This document shows positions 17,906-25,132 of a stretch of DNA of 28,914 nt, piece by piece. The stretch lies in IMG/VR virus record IMGVR_UViG_3300011209_000023; one strand, given 5' to 3'. Position 1 is the stretch's first letter. The number at the start of each line of letters is the position of its first letter. Both the position numbers and the translations under genes were made by a program. Below the pieces are notes generated by a model, which was given only the letters and a program-made list of their open reading frames with translations, was not told the origin of the DNA and made no database searches. Source of the DNA: an uncultured virus (IMG/VR IMGVR_UViG_3300011209_000023). Lineage: Duplodnaviria; Heunggongvirae; Uroviricota; Caudoviricetes.

Positions 17906-18136
17906 TTATCTTGCGCCTTTCACTGTATGTTGCGGACAATTGGCCTGTACTGCTTTGTTGTGCGCCAGGATGTCACGCTTGGTCTGCTTATCCAGCACGT
18001 CGATATCGTGGTCGGTCAGGTAGATGACCCTCACCCAGATGCAGGCCGTATCAACGACTACCGGGGCGGGTAAACTTTTCGCGCAGCTCGCGATCAACAT
18101 CGTCATCGCCCATACGCTTAACGTCTTCCTGTACAT
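17906..18136 (-). CDS. o-spanin (Rz1-like lipoprotein)
   Basis: MYRKTLSVWAMTMLIAS-C lipobox; overlaps the 3' end of the i-spanin in another frame; ILAHN motif. Confidence 0.8.
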   Translation of the reverse strand: MYRKTLSVWAMTMLIASCAKSLPAPVVVDTACIWVRVIYLTDHDIDVLDKQTKRDILAHNKAVQANCPQHTVKGAR

Positions 18137-18326
18137 CGCTTGCCCCTTTCGTGACTTCAGCACGGCGTTCTGCCGCGGCGACAGTAGCAGCGGCGTTCTC
18201 TTCGGTACGTTGCTGATCAGCTTTGGCTTTCGCCTTACTGGCCCCGCGAGCATGACCAATGCCGAACGCGCCAGCAATAGCACCCAGGATGACGACCACC
18301 AGTCCCGCGATAATTTCAAAGCTCAT
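18051..18326 (-). CDS. i-spanin (Rz-like)
   Basis: Single N-terminal TM helix followed by an Ala-rich coiled coil; overlapped by a lipoprotein gene. Confidence 0.8.
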   Translation of the reverse strand: MSFEIIAGLVVVILGAIAGAFGIGHARGASKAKAKADQQRTEENAAATVAAAERRAEVTKGASDVQEDVKRMGDDDVDRELREKFTRPGSR

Positions 18327-18667
18327 TGCTGCTCCTTCAGTTCGTCGGCCTTTTCTTTCAATGCTGGCTGGCGTACGTATTGCGATAGTACGGCCAGCAC
18401 CACCAGCGCAGGGCTAATCAACGCAACGATGTTTGGCGGCAGGATGTTTTTGATATCCGGCGGCAGCACCGCCCAGGCGTGCAGCGCAGCATCCGGGAAC
18501 GACTGCGCCCATACACCAACCAGCGCGCCGATAGCTCCCAGCTTTACAGACCACGTTTTCAGCAGCAAGCTGGCATGCCCTACGAACTCCAGCCGGGTAT
18601 ATTTGCGCAGAAGTAACAGAACGAGCACAGCCACCAGCACAAGCAAAGCGAAAATGATCATCTTCAC
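18323..18667 (-). CDS. Second holin-like membrane protein
   Basis: About three hydrophobic segments and a charged C-terminus; coupled to both neighbours by 4-bp overlaps. Confidence 0.7.
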   Translation of the reverse strand: MKMIIFALLVLVAVLVLLLLRKYTRLEFVGHASLLLKTWSVKLGAIGALVGVWAQSFPDAALHAWAVLPPDIKNILPPNIVALISPALVVLAVLSQYVRQPALKEKADELKEQQ

Positions 18668-19203
18668 AGGACACGCTCCTTAACCCAGCCGTAGAGAAAA
18701 TCCTCGTTGGCTTCGCGGCCCTCCGCCAGTTCGAGGTATCTGGCACCCTGGCTGCAGTTCAGCGCACGCAACAGAACCTGTTCACCCTCTTTCCCGCGGG
18801 CGGAAAGGTATCCCTTAAGCGCGGTGATGGTTCGGGGACCAATGGCACCATCCGGAATCAGATCGGGATACAGCTTTCCGCGCATATTCATTGCGGTCAG
18901 CCAGCGCTGGAAAAAATTACTGGCTACAGATGGCCCCATGTTCACGCCAGTGTCGCAAAGCTCATCTGCCAGTACCGTAGATAGAGCTGCCACCTGGTCA
19001 AACCGGGGGCCGGTCCAGTAATCGCTCAGCAGGATTTGCTTTGCTGTTTCCCTGGGCAGGTTCCGCATATCACCGGTGTAGCCATGTGCACGCGCGGTGG
19101 TCTGCGTGATGCCCCAGCGGGTCGGCCCGCCTTTATCCGACGGATGATCGACATAACCACCCTCCTTGCCGAGGATCCCCTCGATAATCTGATCTGCTGT
19201 CAT
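18664..19203 (-). CDS. Endolysin, glycoside hydrolase family 108 with peptidoglycan-binding domain
   Basis: EGGYVDHPSDKGGPTRWGIT GH108 motif; DGAIGPRT; FLYGW C-terminus. Confidence 0.93.
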   Translation of the reverse strand: MTADQIIEGILGKEGGYVDHPSDKGGPTRWGITQTTARAHGYTGDMRNLPRETAKQILLSDYWTGPRFDQVAALSTVLADELCDTGVNMGPSVASNFFQRWLTAMNMRGKLYPDLIPDGAIGPRTITALKGYLSARGKEGEQVLLRALNCSQGARYLELAEGREANEDFLYGWVKERVL

Positions 19204-19511
19204 GGCGCCTTAACTCCGGTAATGCGTTCCCAGAAATAGGTCAAAGCAACAGAACCCATTGCCCCGCTAATTCCGGAAGTGGCCAGTATCATGTAAATGC
19301 TCAGTCCGCTTTCAATGCTCACCAGGCCAGCAATAACGCCGGTAAACCCTGAAACCACCATTTGGGCAAGAGCATTGATCAAGCTCCATGTTGCCTTGCT
19401 CTGCTTCACATCTATCAGGTAGCGGACAAGTCCACCCCAGCAAGCAATGATCAGCAGAACCAGCCAGGACATCCCGGCAATGCTCTCTTTGTCTTGCATA
19501 CGTTTAGCCAT
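19200..19511 (-). CDS. Holin (LydA-like)
   Basis: Three TM segments, WGGLVRYL motif, directly upstream of the endolysin, GGAGG RBS. Confidence 0.88.
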   Translation of the reverse strand: MAKRMQDKESIAGMSWLVLLIIACWGGLVRYLIDVKQSKATWSLINALAQMVVSGFTGVIAGLVSIESGLSIYMILATSGISGAMGSVALTYFWERITGVKAP

Positions 19512-19625
19512 AGTTACCGCCTCCGATGAAAAATCGGGAAGCTGTGTGTTTGAAAAGGGTCAGGCCCGTCAGGCTGGATTTAACAACGAAGCGTGTCGAT
19601 GATGATTCCTGCGGGACCTGATAAT

Positions 19626-19649
19626 AAAAAAGCCATGCAAATGCATGGC
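19626..19649 (-). terminator. Rho-independent terminator upstream of the lysis genes
   Basis: Minus strand GCCATGC-ATTT-GCATGGC-TTTTTT. Confidence 0.75.
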
Positions 19650-19703
19650 CTTGTGATTTGAATCCGTTATTTACAAAATGTATTCGAGACAGTATCTTTC
19701 GAC

Positions 19704-19783
19704 TTCCGGACAAAAAAACATATACCGGGACAAAATCTAAATGTAACTGCCTTGCCTGCATGAAACCATGCGGGCTTTTTTTT
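19704..19783 (+). ncRNA. Candidate ~80-nt sRNA
   Basis: TTTACA(19670)-17 bp-TATCTT(19693) promoter; terminator GCCTGCATG-AAAC-CATGCGGGC-T8 at 19754-19783; too short to contain a credible protein gene. Confidence 0.55.
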
Positions 19784-19791
19784 GCCCAAAG

Positions 19792-19812
19792 AAAAAGCCC
19801 ACCGAAGTGGGC
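19792..19812 (-). terminator. Rho-independent terminator
   Basis: Minus strand GCCCAC-TTCG-GTGGGC-TTTTT. Confidence 0.8.
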
Positions 19813-19838
19813 CTTACAGCTATCATCATTTTTTATTA

Positions 19839-19953
19839 GGTGTGGTGCCGGGTGCCTCCCGGTAAGTCGCCGCCAGTCCACAGACGACTCGCAATGCGCA
19901 AAAAAACATATCAGACTGGCAATGCCCCTCCGCATAGGGGGATTCACCACACC
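19839..19953 (-). ncRNA. Candidate multi-branched structured RNA
   Basis: 9-bp closing stem GGTGTGGTG/CACCACACC with three internal arms; upstream TTGAAA-17-TAAATT promoter and downstream terminator. Confidence 0.6.
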
Positions 19954-20111
19954 AGAAATTTAACATTCAGTCTTTCTGGTTTCAATACTCTGCTTGTCTG
20001 AGGTATCGGCTCACCATAACCGCCCAGCCTGATGTTATCAGCGTGTAGCGGCTTGTTTTTCTCTTTGATAAAATTGATTCGCAAATGATTAAAACATCAA
20101 CTGGTGAAAAT

Positions 20112-20558
20112 ATGAGTAAGTACTCAGACCTTTTACAGGTAATCAAGTCACGGGTTTGCCAAAATAACAACTTCCCCCAAACATTACTGGCAGACTCACA
20201 CAGTTACAGAACCAGGCAGGTTTGGTACCGAATAGGACAAATATTCACTCTTGAATGTATTCTCGATGAGTACAGGAAACATTTTTCATCGGATTATTAT
20301 TATCTTGATAACGATAAGGCTCTTCATCACCTTATCTTCGAAATGACCAAGTGGAAACCTGAAGAGATTAGAAGACTCTCGCTAAACGACTGTCTCTTTA
20401 TCATTGCCAGTCAACTAAAGCCCAGTTATATGTCAGAAGATGCTGCCGCTGTCCTGGCGTCACTCAATCTGCCGACTGGCCACTATCCTGTTGAGGATTT
20501 TCCACAAGAGGACTGGGATCCCAGGGAAAACTCAGCATTCCTTCAAAGCTACCAGTAG
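20112..20558 (+). CDS. Hypothetical moron protein (resembles the ECs1072-type phage family, recalled)
   Basis: AT-rich 148-aa ORF opposite to late genes; extended -10 TGATAAAAT at 20066-20074; GGTGA RBS; alternative ATG at 20085. Confidence 0.8.
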   Translation: MSKYSDLLQVIKSRVCQNNNFPQTLLADSHSYRTRQVWYRIGQIFTLECILDEYRKHFSSDYYYLDNDKALHHLIFEMTKWKPEEIRRLSLNDCLFIIASQLKPSYMSEDAAAVLASLNLPTGHYPVEDFPQEDWDPRENSAFLQSYQ

Positions 20559-20721
20559 CGACTCGCCCAATCTCCGCAGAGATCTGACTCAGCCGCTCCT
20601 CAAGAGCGGCTTTTTCTGCTATCAGACGGTTGAAGTGGGCAAGATAGATTTTCTGTTGCCCAAGCCAGTCTTCTAGCTGTTGAGTGGTCATGCCCGGGTT
20701 AAAAAAATATGGTTGCTGCAT
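20464..20721 (-). CDS. Hypothetical 85-aa coiled-coil protein
   Basis: AAGGGGGAG RBS just upstream of ATG; heptad-like LIAEKAALEERLSQISAEI; first ORF after the tRNA in the pR' direction. Confidence 0.6.
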   Translation of the reverse strand: MQQPYFFNPGMTTQQLEDWLGQQKIYLAHFNRLIAEKAALEERLSQISAEIGRVATGSFEGMLSFPWDPSPLVENPQQDSGQSAD

Positions 20722-20788
20722 AGCTCCCCCTTGATAAGTTACGCATTATGATCGGGATTCGCTTCAGACGCTGGCCCCTCTGCCGTTC

Positions 20789-20864
20789 TGGTGCTGGTTG
20801 ACGGAATCGAACCGCCGACATCCTGCTTACAAGGCAGGCGCTCTACCTTCTGAGCTAAACCAGC
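20789..20864 (-). tRNA. tRNA-Thr(UGU)
   Basis: 76 nt GCTGGTTTAGCTCAGAAGGTAGAGCGCCTGCC-TTGTAA-GCAGGATGTCGGCGGTTCGATTCCGTCAACCAGCACCA; intact acceptor stem, anticodon TGT, GTTCGA T-loop, encoded CCA. Confidence 0.96.
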
Positions 20865-20952
20865 AATCTGGTTCAGGGCTCTGCGCAGAGGGCTTTAACG
20901 TATCGTGCAGCACGTCTCTACCCAAGAGCCCTGACCGGAGTGCAGAAATGAC

Positions 20953-20982
20953 AAAGCCCACGGGGGTTAGCCTTGGGCCTTT
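20953..20982 (-). terminator. Probable tR'-like terminator
   Basis: Minus strand GGCCCAAGG-CTAACC-CCCGTGGGCT-TTGTCATTT shortly after the putative pR'. Confidence 0.5.
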
Positions 20983-21031
20983 AATTTATTTCATGCAGCT
21001 CAGTTCGCTTTAACGTCCCGAGCCTATCACA

Positions 21032-21060
21032 ATTCAAGCAGTTTCTGGCTCACTTTGCAA
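21032..21060 (-). promoter_or_regulatory. Putative late promoter pR'
   Basis: TTGCAA-17 bp-TTGAAT overlapping the last codons of the Q-like gene, the expected lambdoid position. Confidence 0.55.
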
Positions 21061-21612
21061 GTAAAATCTGTCGCCATTTGTGCCGAATGCGTCACACATT
21101 GGTGCGTACAGCATCGATTCTGCCAAACTAAGCCACGTATCAACTCTGCGTCTACAGGTCATAAAGCACCAGTCGGGATGCTTTTCATAGAGCTCTTCCG
21201 CTATGCGGCGTTTGCTCTTCCGTAACCGGTAATGCTCCACCAGCAGGTGATACAGCTCTTTGTGACCACCTGTAATAAGGACTGCCCCCAGTACCTTATC
21301 AATCAGCAGTCCTTCATCGTCTGTACAGAAGGCCAGGCCGCTTTTGTTTTTCCCCGCGAGTATTTCACGAAAAAACGCCTCAAGCTCTGGCTTCGAGATG
21401 CCAGACTTCTTCATCCGGCGTAATGCTTCGTTGATGGCTGTTTTAGTGACTTTCCCGGAAGCCAGTAACTGGTTAAACATATTGCCGCCACTACAGCCGC
21501 CGATGTAAGACCAGCGGCCCCACATGCGCAGCTTCCCTTGAATCCAGATGGCCTCAAGCGTTTTCAGCCTGACCATTTCACCAGCTTTTCCAACCTCGGA
21601 CGGGTTAATCAT
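21034..21612 (-). CDS. DUF1133-like putative late antiterminator (Q position)
   Basis: MINPSEVGKAGEMVRLKTLEAIWIQGKLRMWGRWSYIGG; last early gene before tRNA and lysis genes; GGAG RBS; 192 aa. Confidence 0.8.
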   Translation of the reverse strand: MINPSEVGKAGEMVRLKTLEAIWIQGKLRMWGRWSYIGGCSGGNMFNQLLASGKVTKTAINEALRRMKKSGISKPELEAFFREILAGKNKSGLAFCTDDEGLLIDKVLGAVLITGGHKELYHLLVEHYRLRKSKRRIAEELYEKHPDWCFMTCRRRVDTWLSLAESMLYAPMCDAFGTNGDRFYLQSEPETA

Positions 21613-21625
21613 TATGCGTTCTCCA

Positions 21626-22606
21626 CTATGCCAGCACGCCAATTGCCAGCGAACGATCCAGAAATCGAAACAGCAGCTCCAGCTGTGAGCCGTGCTTCTC
21701 CTCAAATGCCACGGTGTCAGCGTGCAACTCGTCGTGATGCGCTCTGCAAAGCGGCAACACAAACAGGTCATGCGCTTTTGTTCCCATTCCACCTTGTCCG
21801 TGGCCTATCAGGTGATGGGGATCATCTGCTGGTTTGTTACAGCAGACACACTGCTGGGACTTAACCCAGCGCGTCCAGCTCTCGTTTACCCAGCGGCGGC
21901 GTTTTGGTCGCAGCATGAATGATTCCGGCGTTTCAGGATCTACGCGAAGACCGAGAATCTTTTTCTGCACCACTTCGCTCGCCGCTGGCTCCGGCACAAT
22001 ATCGCTCTCCTTCGTCACTGGTTGATGCTTTATTTCCGGCAATCGCAGGGCTTTACGGGCCAGCGATTCAGGGATTACGTGCGCCAGATTGTTTATCACC
22101 AGCCACCAGCACAACTCCGGGATCGTCAGTTGATGGTCTTCGTTGAACCCCAGCTGTGAGCGGATGACCGTTATCAGCCAGGATACCAGGTTCCCACGCG
22201 CAATGCCTGCCAGCGTCTCTGTGTACTGATCACGCAGCAGATTATCGCAGGCCCAGCAAAGGCGGATGCTGCCAGGCTCATGCCGGAACAGCGTAAAATT
22301 TTCGCTGTGCCATGAGCCGTGGGGATACTGGCATTCAAAATGACGCTCCAGCTCGGCCTCCAGCGAGCTGATACCACCCGCGCGCAGAATGACGTCTTTG
22401 TTTTCGAATACTGGCTTCAAAACCGGGTCTTCTGCCAGTGGCTGCGTGGCGGGAGGGATGGCGCCGGTTGCGTAGTCGCTGTATTTTTCCGGTGCAGGCT
22501 CAATCAGTACCCGTCCTCTCCTGAACATCGGCATGAGATCAGCACCTGGGCGAAGAAGTACCACGCCCATGCGTGGGGCAATCTCAGGGGTTAGTAGTGC
22601 TCTCAT
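21626..22606 (-). CDS. DUF968 (YdfU-like) protein with C-terminal HNH-like motif
   Basis: MRALLTPEIA start; CVCC...DDPHHLIGHGQGGMGTKAHDLFVLPLCRAHH motif. Confidence 0.88.
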   Translation of the reverse strand: MRALLTPEIAPRMGVVLLRPGADLMPMFRRGRVLIEPAPEKYSDYATGAIPPATQPLAEDPVLKPVFENKDVILRAGGISSLEAELERHFECQYPHGSWHSENFTLFRHEPGSIRLCWACDNLLRDQYTETLAGIARGNLVSWLITVIRSQLGFNEDHQLTIPELCWWLVINNLAHVIPESLARKALRLPEIKHQPVTKESDIVPEPAASEVVQKKILGLRVDPETPESFMLRPKRRRWVNESWTRWVKSQQCVCCNKPADDPHHLIGHGQGGMGTKAHDLFVLPLCRAHHDELHADTVAFEEKHGSQLELLFRFLDRSLAIGVLA

Positions 22607-22618
22607 ATCATCTCCACG

Positions 22619-22996
22619 TCAGGCAACTGCACGAAAACGTCGGATGGTGATTTCTACTTTCCCTTTCTTCACGATGTTCCCCCACTCCACCAGCATGCGC
22701 TTAACCTGACTGTCGTCTTCCCAGACGCCTGTTAGAGTCAGGGCATCGAACAGCGCTTTGTTGTAGTTATCGATATCCCGACGGCGCTGATCAGGCGGAT
22801 ACAACACAATGTGAACCTCAGCCAGATCAGAGGATGGCCGGGGAACGGCTCGCAGTTGCTCAATAATCGCCGCTCTCGCTGCCTGCTGGAACTTGCGCCC
22901 AGTCTCGCTAACCAGATGCCTGCCTTTCAGCGGTCCCTTGCTCGGGGCGCGCCAGTAACTATTTACGCTCGGTGGAAATGGTAAAGTCAGTTTCAT
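22619..22996 (-). CDS. rusA: RusA-family Holliday junction resolvase
   Basis: LPFPPSVNSYWR; RRRDIDNYNKALFDAL; DDSQV. Confidence 0.93.
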   Translation of the reverse strand: MKLTLPFPPSVNSYWRAPSKGPLKGRHLVSETGRKFQQAARAAIIEQLRAVPRPSSDLAEVHIVLYPPDQRRRDIDNYNKALFDALTLTGVWEDDSQVKRMLVEWGNIVKKGKVEITIRRFRAVA

Positions 22997-23005
22997 TTAG
23001 CCCCC

Positions 23006-23815
23006 TTAAAGGATCGCTACAACGTCTTTTGCGACTTCCCGCGTACTGCTTTTGCAGGAAATCGAACGGCGCGCTTTGATGAATTCCAGGTTAAAACCAT
23101 GCTCCCGGTACAGGTCGAGAACCTTCGGTGCAGATGAGTTAGAAATCACTACCCGAGCGCCACGGTGAAAGGCAGATACACATTGCTTCGCCAGGTCCAC
23201 CTGGTTATCCCAGCTAAAACCACCAGCGGCGTAGGCGGTGAATCCGGTTGTTCCCGGCATCGGTTCGTAAGGCGGATCGCAGTAAACCACATCCCCTTTC
23301 CCGGCCAGGCTGATAGTTCGGCGATAGTCAGCAGTCATGAAGACGCAGTTATGCGCCATAGCCGCGAAGGCTTTCATCTCATCCATCGGGTAATACGGGG
23401 CCTTGTAGCCTCCCCAGCCCACATTGAACTTGTTCGCCTGGTTGTAGCGCATCAGGCCATTGAAACAATGCCGGTTGAGATACAGGAATGCAGCTGCGCG
23501 TTCTGTAGCCTCCAGCGTCTGAGCGTTGAACTCGGAACGGATCAGCTCATAGCCATCTGGTGACCGCATGTGCTCAAACATCCAGCGGGCCTTTAATTCC
23601 ACTTCATCCGGCACCACCGCTAACATCTGATACAGATTAATCAGGTCCGGGTTAACGTCCGCCAGCAGGTAATCTGCGTGCTTATCGCTGTTCAGGAATA
23701 CCGACCCACCGCCAACGAATGGCTCTATCAGACGTTTCCCTGCCGGGATGTGCACGAACAGGTCAGCCAGCTGGGTATACTTTCCACCAGCCCATTTCAA
23801 AAATGGCTTGCTCAT
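23006..23815 (-). CDS. dam: Dam-family DNA adenine methyltransferase
   Basis: FLKWAGGK, EPFVGGGSVF, YLNRHCFNGLMRYN and YCDPPY motifs. Confidence 0.95.
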   Translation of the reverse strand: MSKPFLKWAGGKYTQLADLFVHIPAGKRLIEPFVGGGSVFLNSDKHADYLLADVNPDLINLYQMLAVVPDEVELKARWMFEHMRSPDGYELIRSEFNAQTLEATERAAAFLYLNRHCFNGLMRYNQANKFNVGWGGYKAPYYPMDEMKAFAAMAHNCVFMTADYRRTISLAGKGDVVYCDPPYEPMPGTTGFTAYAAGGFSWDNQVDLAKQCVSAFHRGARVVISNSSAPKVLDLYREHGFNLEFIKARRSISCKSSTREVAKDVVAIL

Positions 23816-24726
23816 GAGCGGAACCCCGCTGGCACTGTATAAACCACATTGGCGAAACTGGATTTGAAACTATCATCCTGCTTAACCCACTTGCCGCCAG
23901 TCCAGGCTGGGCGTCCGGCGGCCTCCCATTTTTTGGCCTTGTCGAAATACTCGACGCAGTTCTCGGGAGCAAACAGCGTTTTGGGCCGCAGGTAGTCGCT
24001 CATCTTCGGATCCTGAGCCCATTTCGCGTTCAGGTAGTCAACCACCAGCATCAGGTCTTCAGGGCTGTAATCTTCGGCCACGCGTCCACGGATATAACCC
24101 AGCGTCGTTTTGGTTCGCCCCCCCTTGCCATAGGTCGAGTTGGTTACCCGATTGAAATGATCCAGAACGAGATCTGCCGGATCGGTCTGGTCTGGTTGCA
24201 GCGCAACCGGACAAGAGTCTTTACCTGTAATCTCTGTAGTACTCTCTGTTGTATTCTCTGTAAGATCATCGTGCCAATTTGACCTGATGACAGCGGTTCG
24301 TTTTGACCCGGTGGAGCGTTTCACAATGACCTCTTCCATCGTGTCATTTTGACCTGATGGAACGGCGCATTTTGACTTCTTCGATTTGGTCACTTTGACC
24401 TCATCTAAAAGCTCGCTCTCGTTGTTGATCGTGTAGTAGTTCGTCATGTCGCGCTGGGACTTGTTCAGCTGCTCAACTTTAAGCACGCCCATGCTCTTCA
24501 GCCGGGTGAAGGTGCGCTTCAGAGTGGATTCAGACCAGAACGGGAATTGCTCCAGCCATTGCTCTGTCGTGTTGTAGATCCAGCGTACGCCGTCACGCTC
24601 CAGCCCTGAGTTAGTCTCCTGCAGCCAGTAGTTAAGCTGCTGCAGCGCAATGGCTTCATTCAGGCCGATGCTATAGGCAAGGTCAGGATTGATGACTATC
24701 GGCCTTGATGGCATTAACAGGCTCAT
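23812..24726 (-). CDS. Replication initiator protein
   Basis: N-terminal wHTH-type IGLNEAIALQQLNYWL...WIYNT; TENTTESTTEIT linker; C-terminal YLRPKTLF conserved phage motif. Confidence 0.88.
   Translation of the reverse strand: MSLLMPSRPIVINPDLAYSIGLNEAIALQQLNYWLQETNSGLERDGVRWIYNTTEQWLEQFPFWSESTLKRTFTRLKSMGVLKVEQLNKSQRDMTNYYTINNESELLDEVKVTKSKKSKCAVPSGQNDTMEEVIVKRSTGSKRTAVIRSNWHDDLTENTTESTTEITGKDSCPVALQPDQTDPADLVLDHFNRVTNSTYGKGGRTKTTLGYIRGRVAEDYSPEDLMLVVDYLNAKWAQDPKMSDYLRPKTLFAPENCVEYFDKAKKWEAAGRPAWTGGKWVKQDDSFKSSFANVVYTVPAGFRS
24230..24405. repeat. Putative replication origin iterons inside the initiator gene
   Basis: TGAC cores of (T)TTTGACC-like repeats at 24280, 24304, 24327, 24350, 24373 and 24396 (23-24 bp period), plus TCTCTGT x3 at 24231-24261. 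Confidence 0.75.
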
Positions 24727-24895
24727 AAGACCCCTCTATTTCCCTGAATTTTCGTCTGAACTGCTCGAGGGGGCTGAAACACTCGTGCTTATACCCTTCG
24801 CGCAGGTATATAACACGCTGTGTCTGGGGCTCCCAGCGTATGACCCTGACCGGGACGCCGTAGTGATCTCTGAACCATCGGTTGAGCTCTCGCAT
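24683..24895 (-). CDS. DUF4222-like small protein
   Basis: RWFRDHYGVPVRVIRWEPQTQRVIYLREGY...FRRKF motif; GGAG RBS. Confidence 0.8.
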   Translation of the reverse strand: MRELNRWFRDHYGVPVRVIRWEPQTQRVIYLREGYKHECFSPLEQFRRKFREIEGSYEPVNAIKADSHQS

Positions 24896-25071
24896 ACTTT
24901 CTCCGCCTGGCCGTTAAAGTCCCCTACCACCCACTGAGCAAACTGGTAGCAGACAGGTTCGAAACCGCCTGGTACTCTTACCCCATACACGAACTGCACC
25001 GGTCCTGCTCCACCAGGAACTGGCCGCGCTACAAGTTGCGACCTGCGGTATTGTGTTGATAAACTGTTCAT
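24736..25071 (-). CDS. ymfM: YmfM-like protein (possible cell-division inhibitor)
   Basis: MNSLSTQYRRSQLVARPVPGG...FAQWVVGDFN resembles e14 YmfM (recalled); follows the ymfL-like gene; GGAG RBS. Confidence 0.65.
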   Translation of the reverse strand: MNSLSTQYRRSQLVARPVPGGAGPVQFVYGVRVPGGFEPVCYQFAQWVVGDFNGQAEKVCESSTDGSEITTASRSGSYAGSPRHSVLYTCAKGISTSVSAPSSSSDENSGK

Positions 25072-25132
25072 GCGTTAGTAATCTCCACTGATAACGACAC
25101 GCCACGACGCCAGGAGCTGCAACTCGCTGGCG

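Noticed and set aside
18137..18319. Long 137-aa version of the o-spanin ORF
   Set aside because: The lipobox requires a start near 18136; the upstream part is an alternative frame of the i-spanin
19504..19963. 148-aa (minus) and 101-aa (plus) ORFs in the late leader
   Set aside because: They run through several terminators and RNA stems, have atypical composition and lack convincing RBSs; the region is better explained as non-coding RNA
20789..20864. tRNA as prophage attachment site
   Set aside because: It lies mid-genome between Q and lysis genes, with no integrase or duplicated tRNA 3' end in the window
20868..20938. Second tRNA gene
   Set aside because: No T-loop GTTC consensus or proper cloverleaf; kept only as a hairpin finding
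21613..21792. 60-aa N-terminal extension of the Q-like ORF
   Set aside because: It overlaps the DUF968 gene; the ATG at 21612 has an RBS and gives the family-like N-terminus
23006..23815. Restriction-modification system
   Set aside because: Orphan Dam-type methylase flanked by the replication initiator and rusA; no cognate endonuclease
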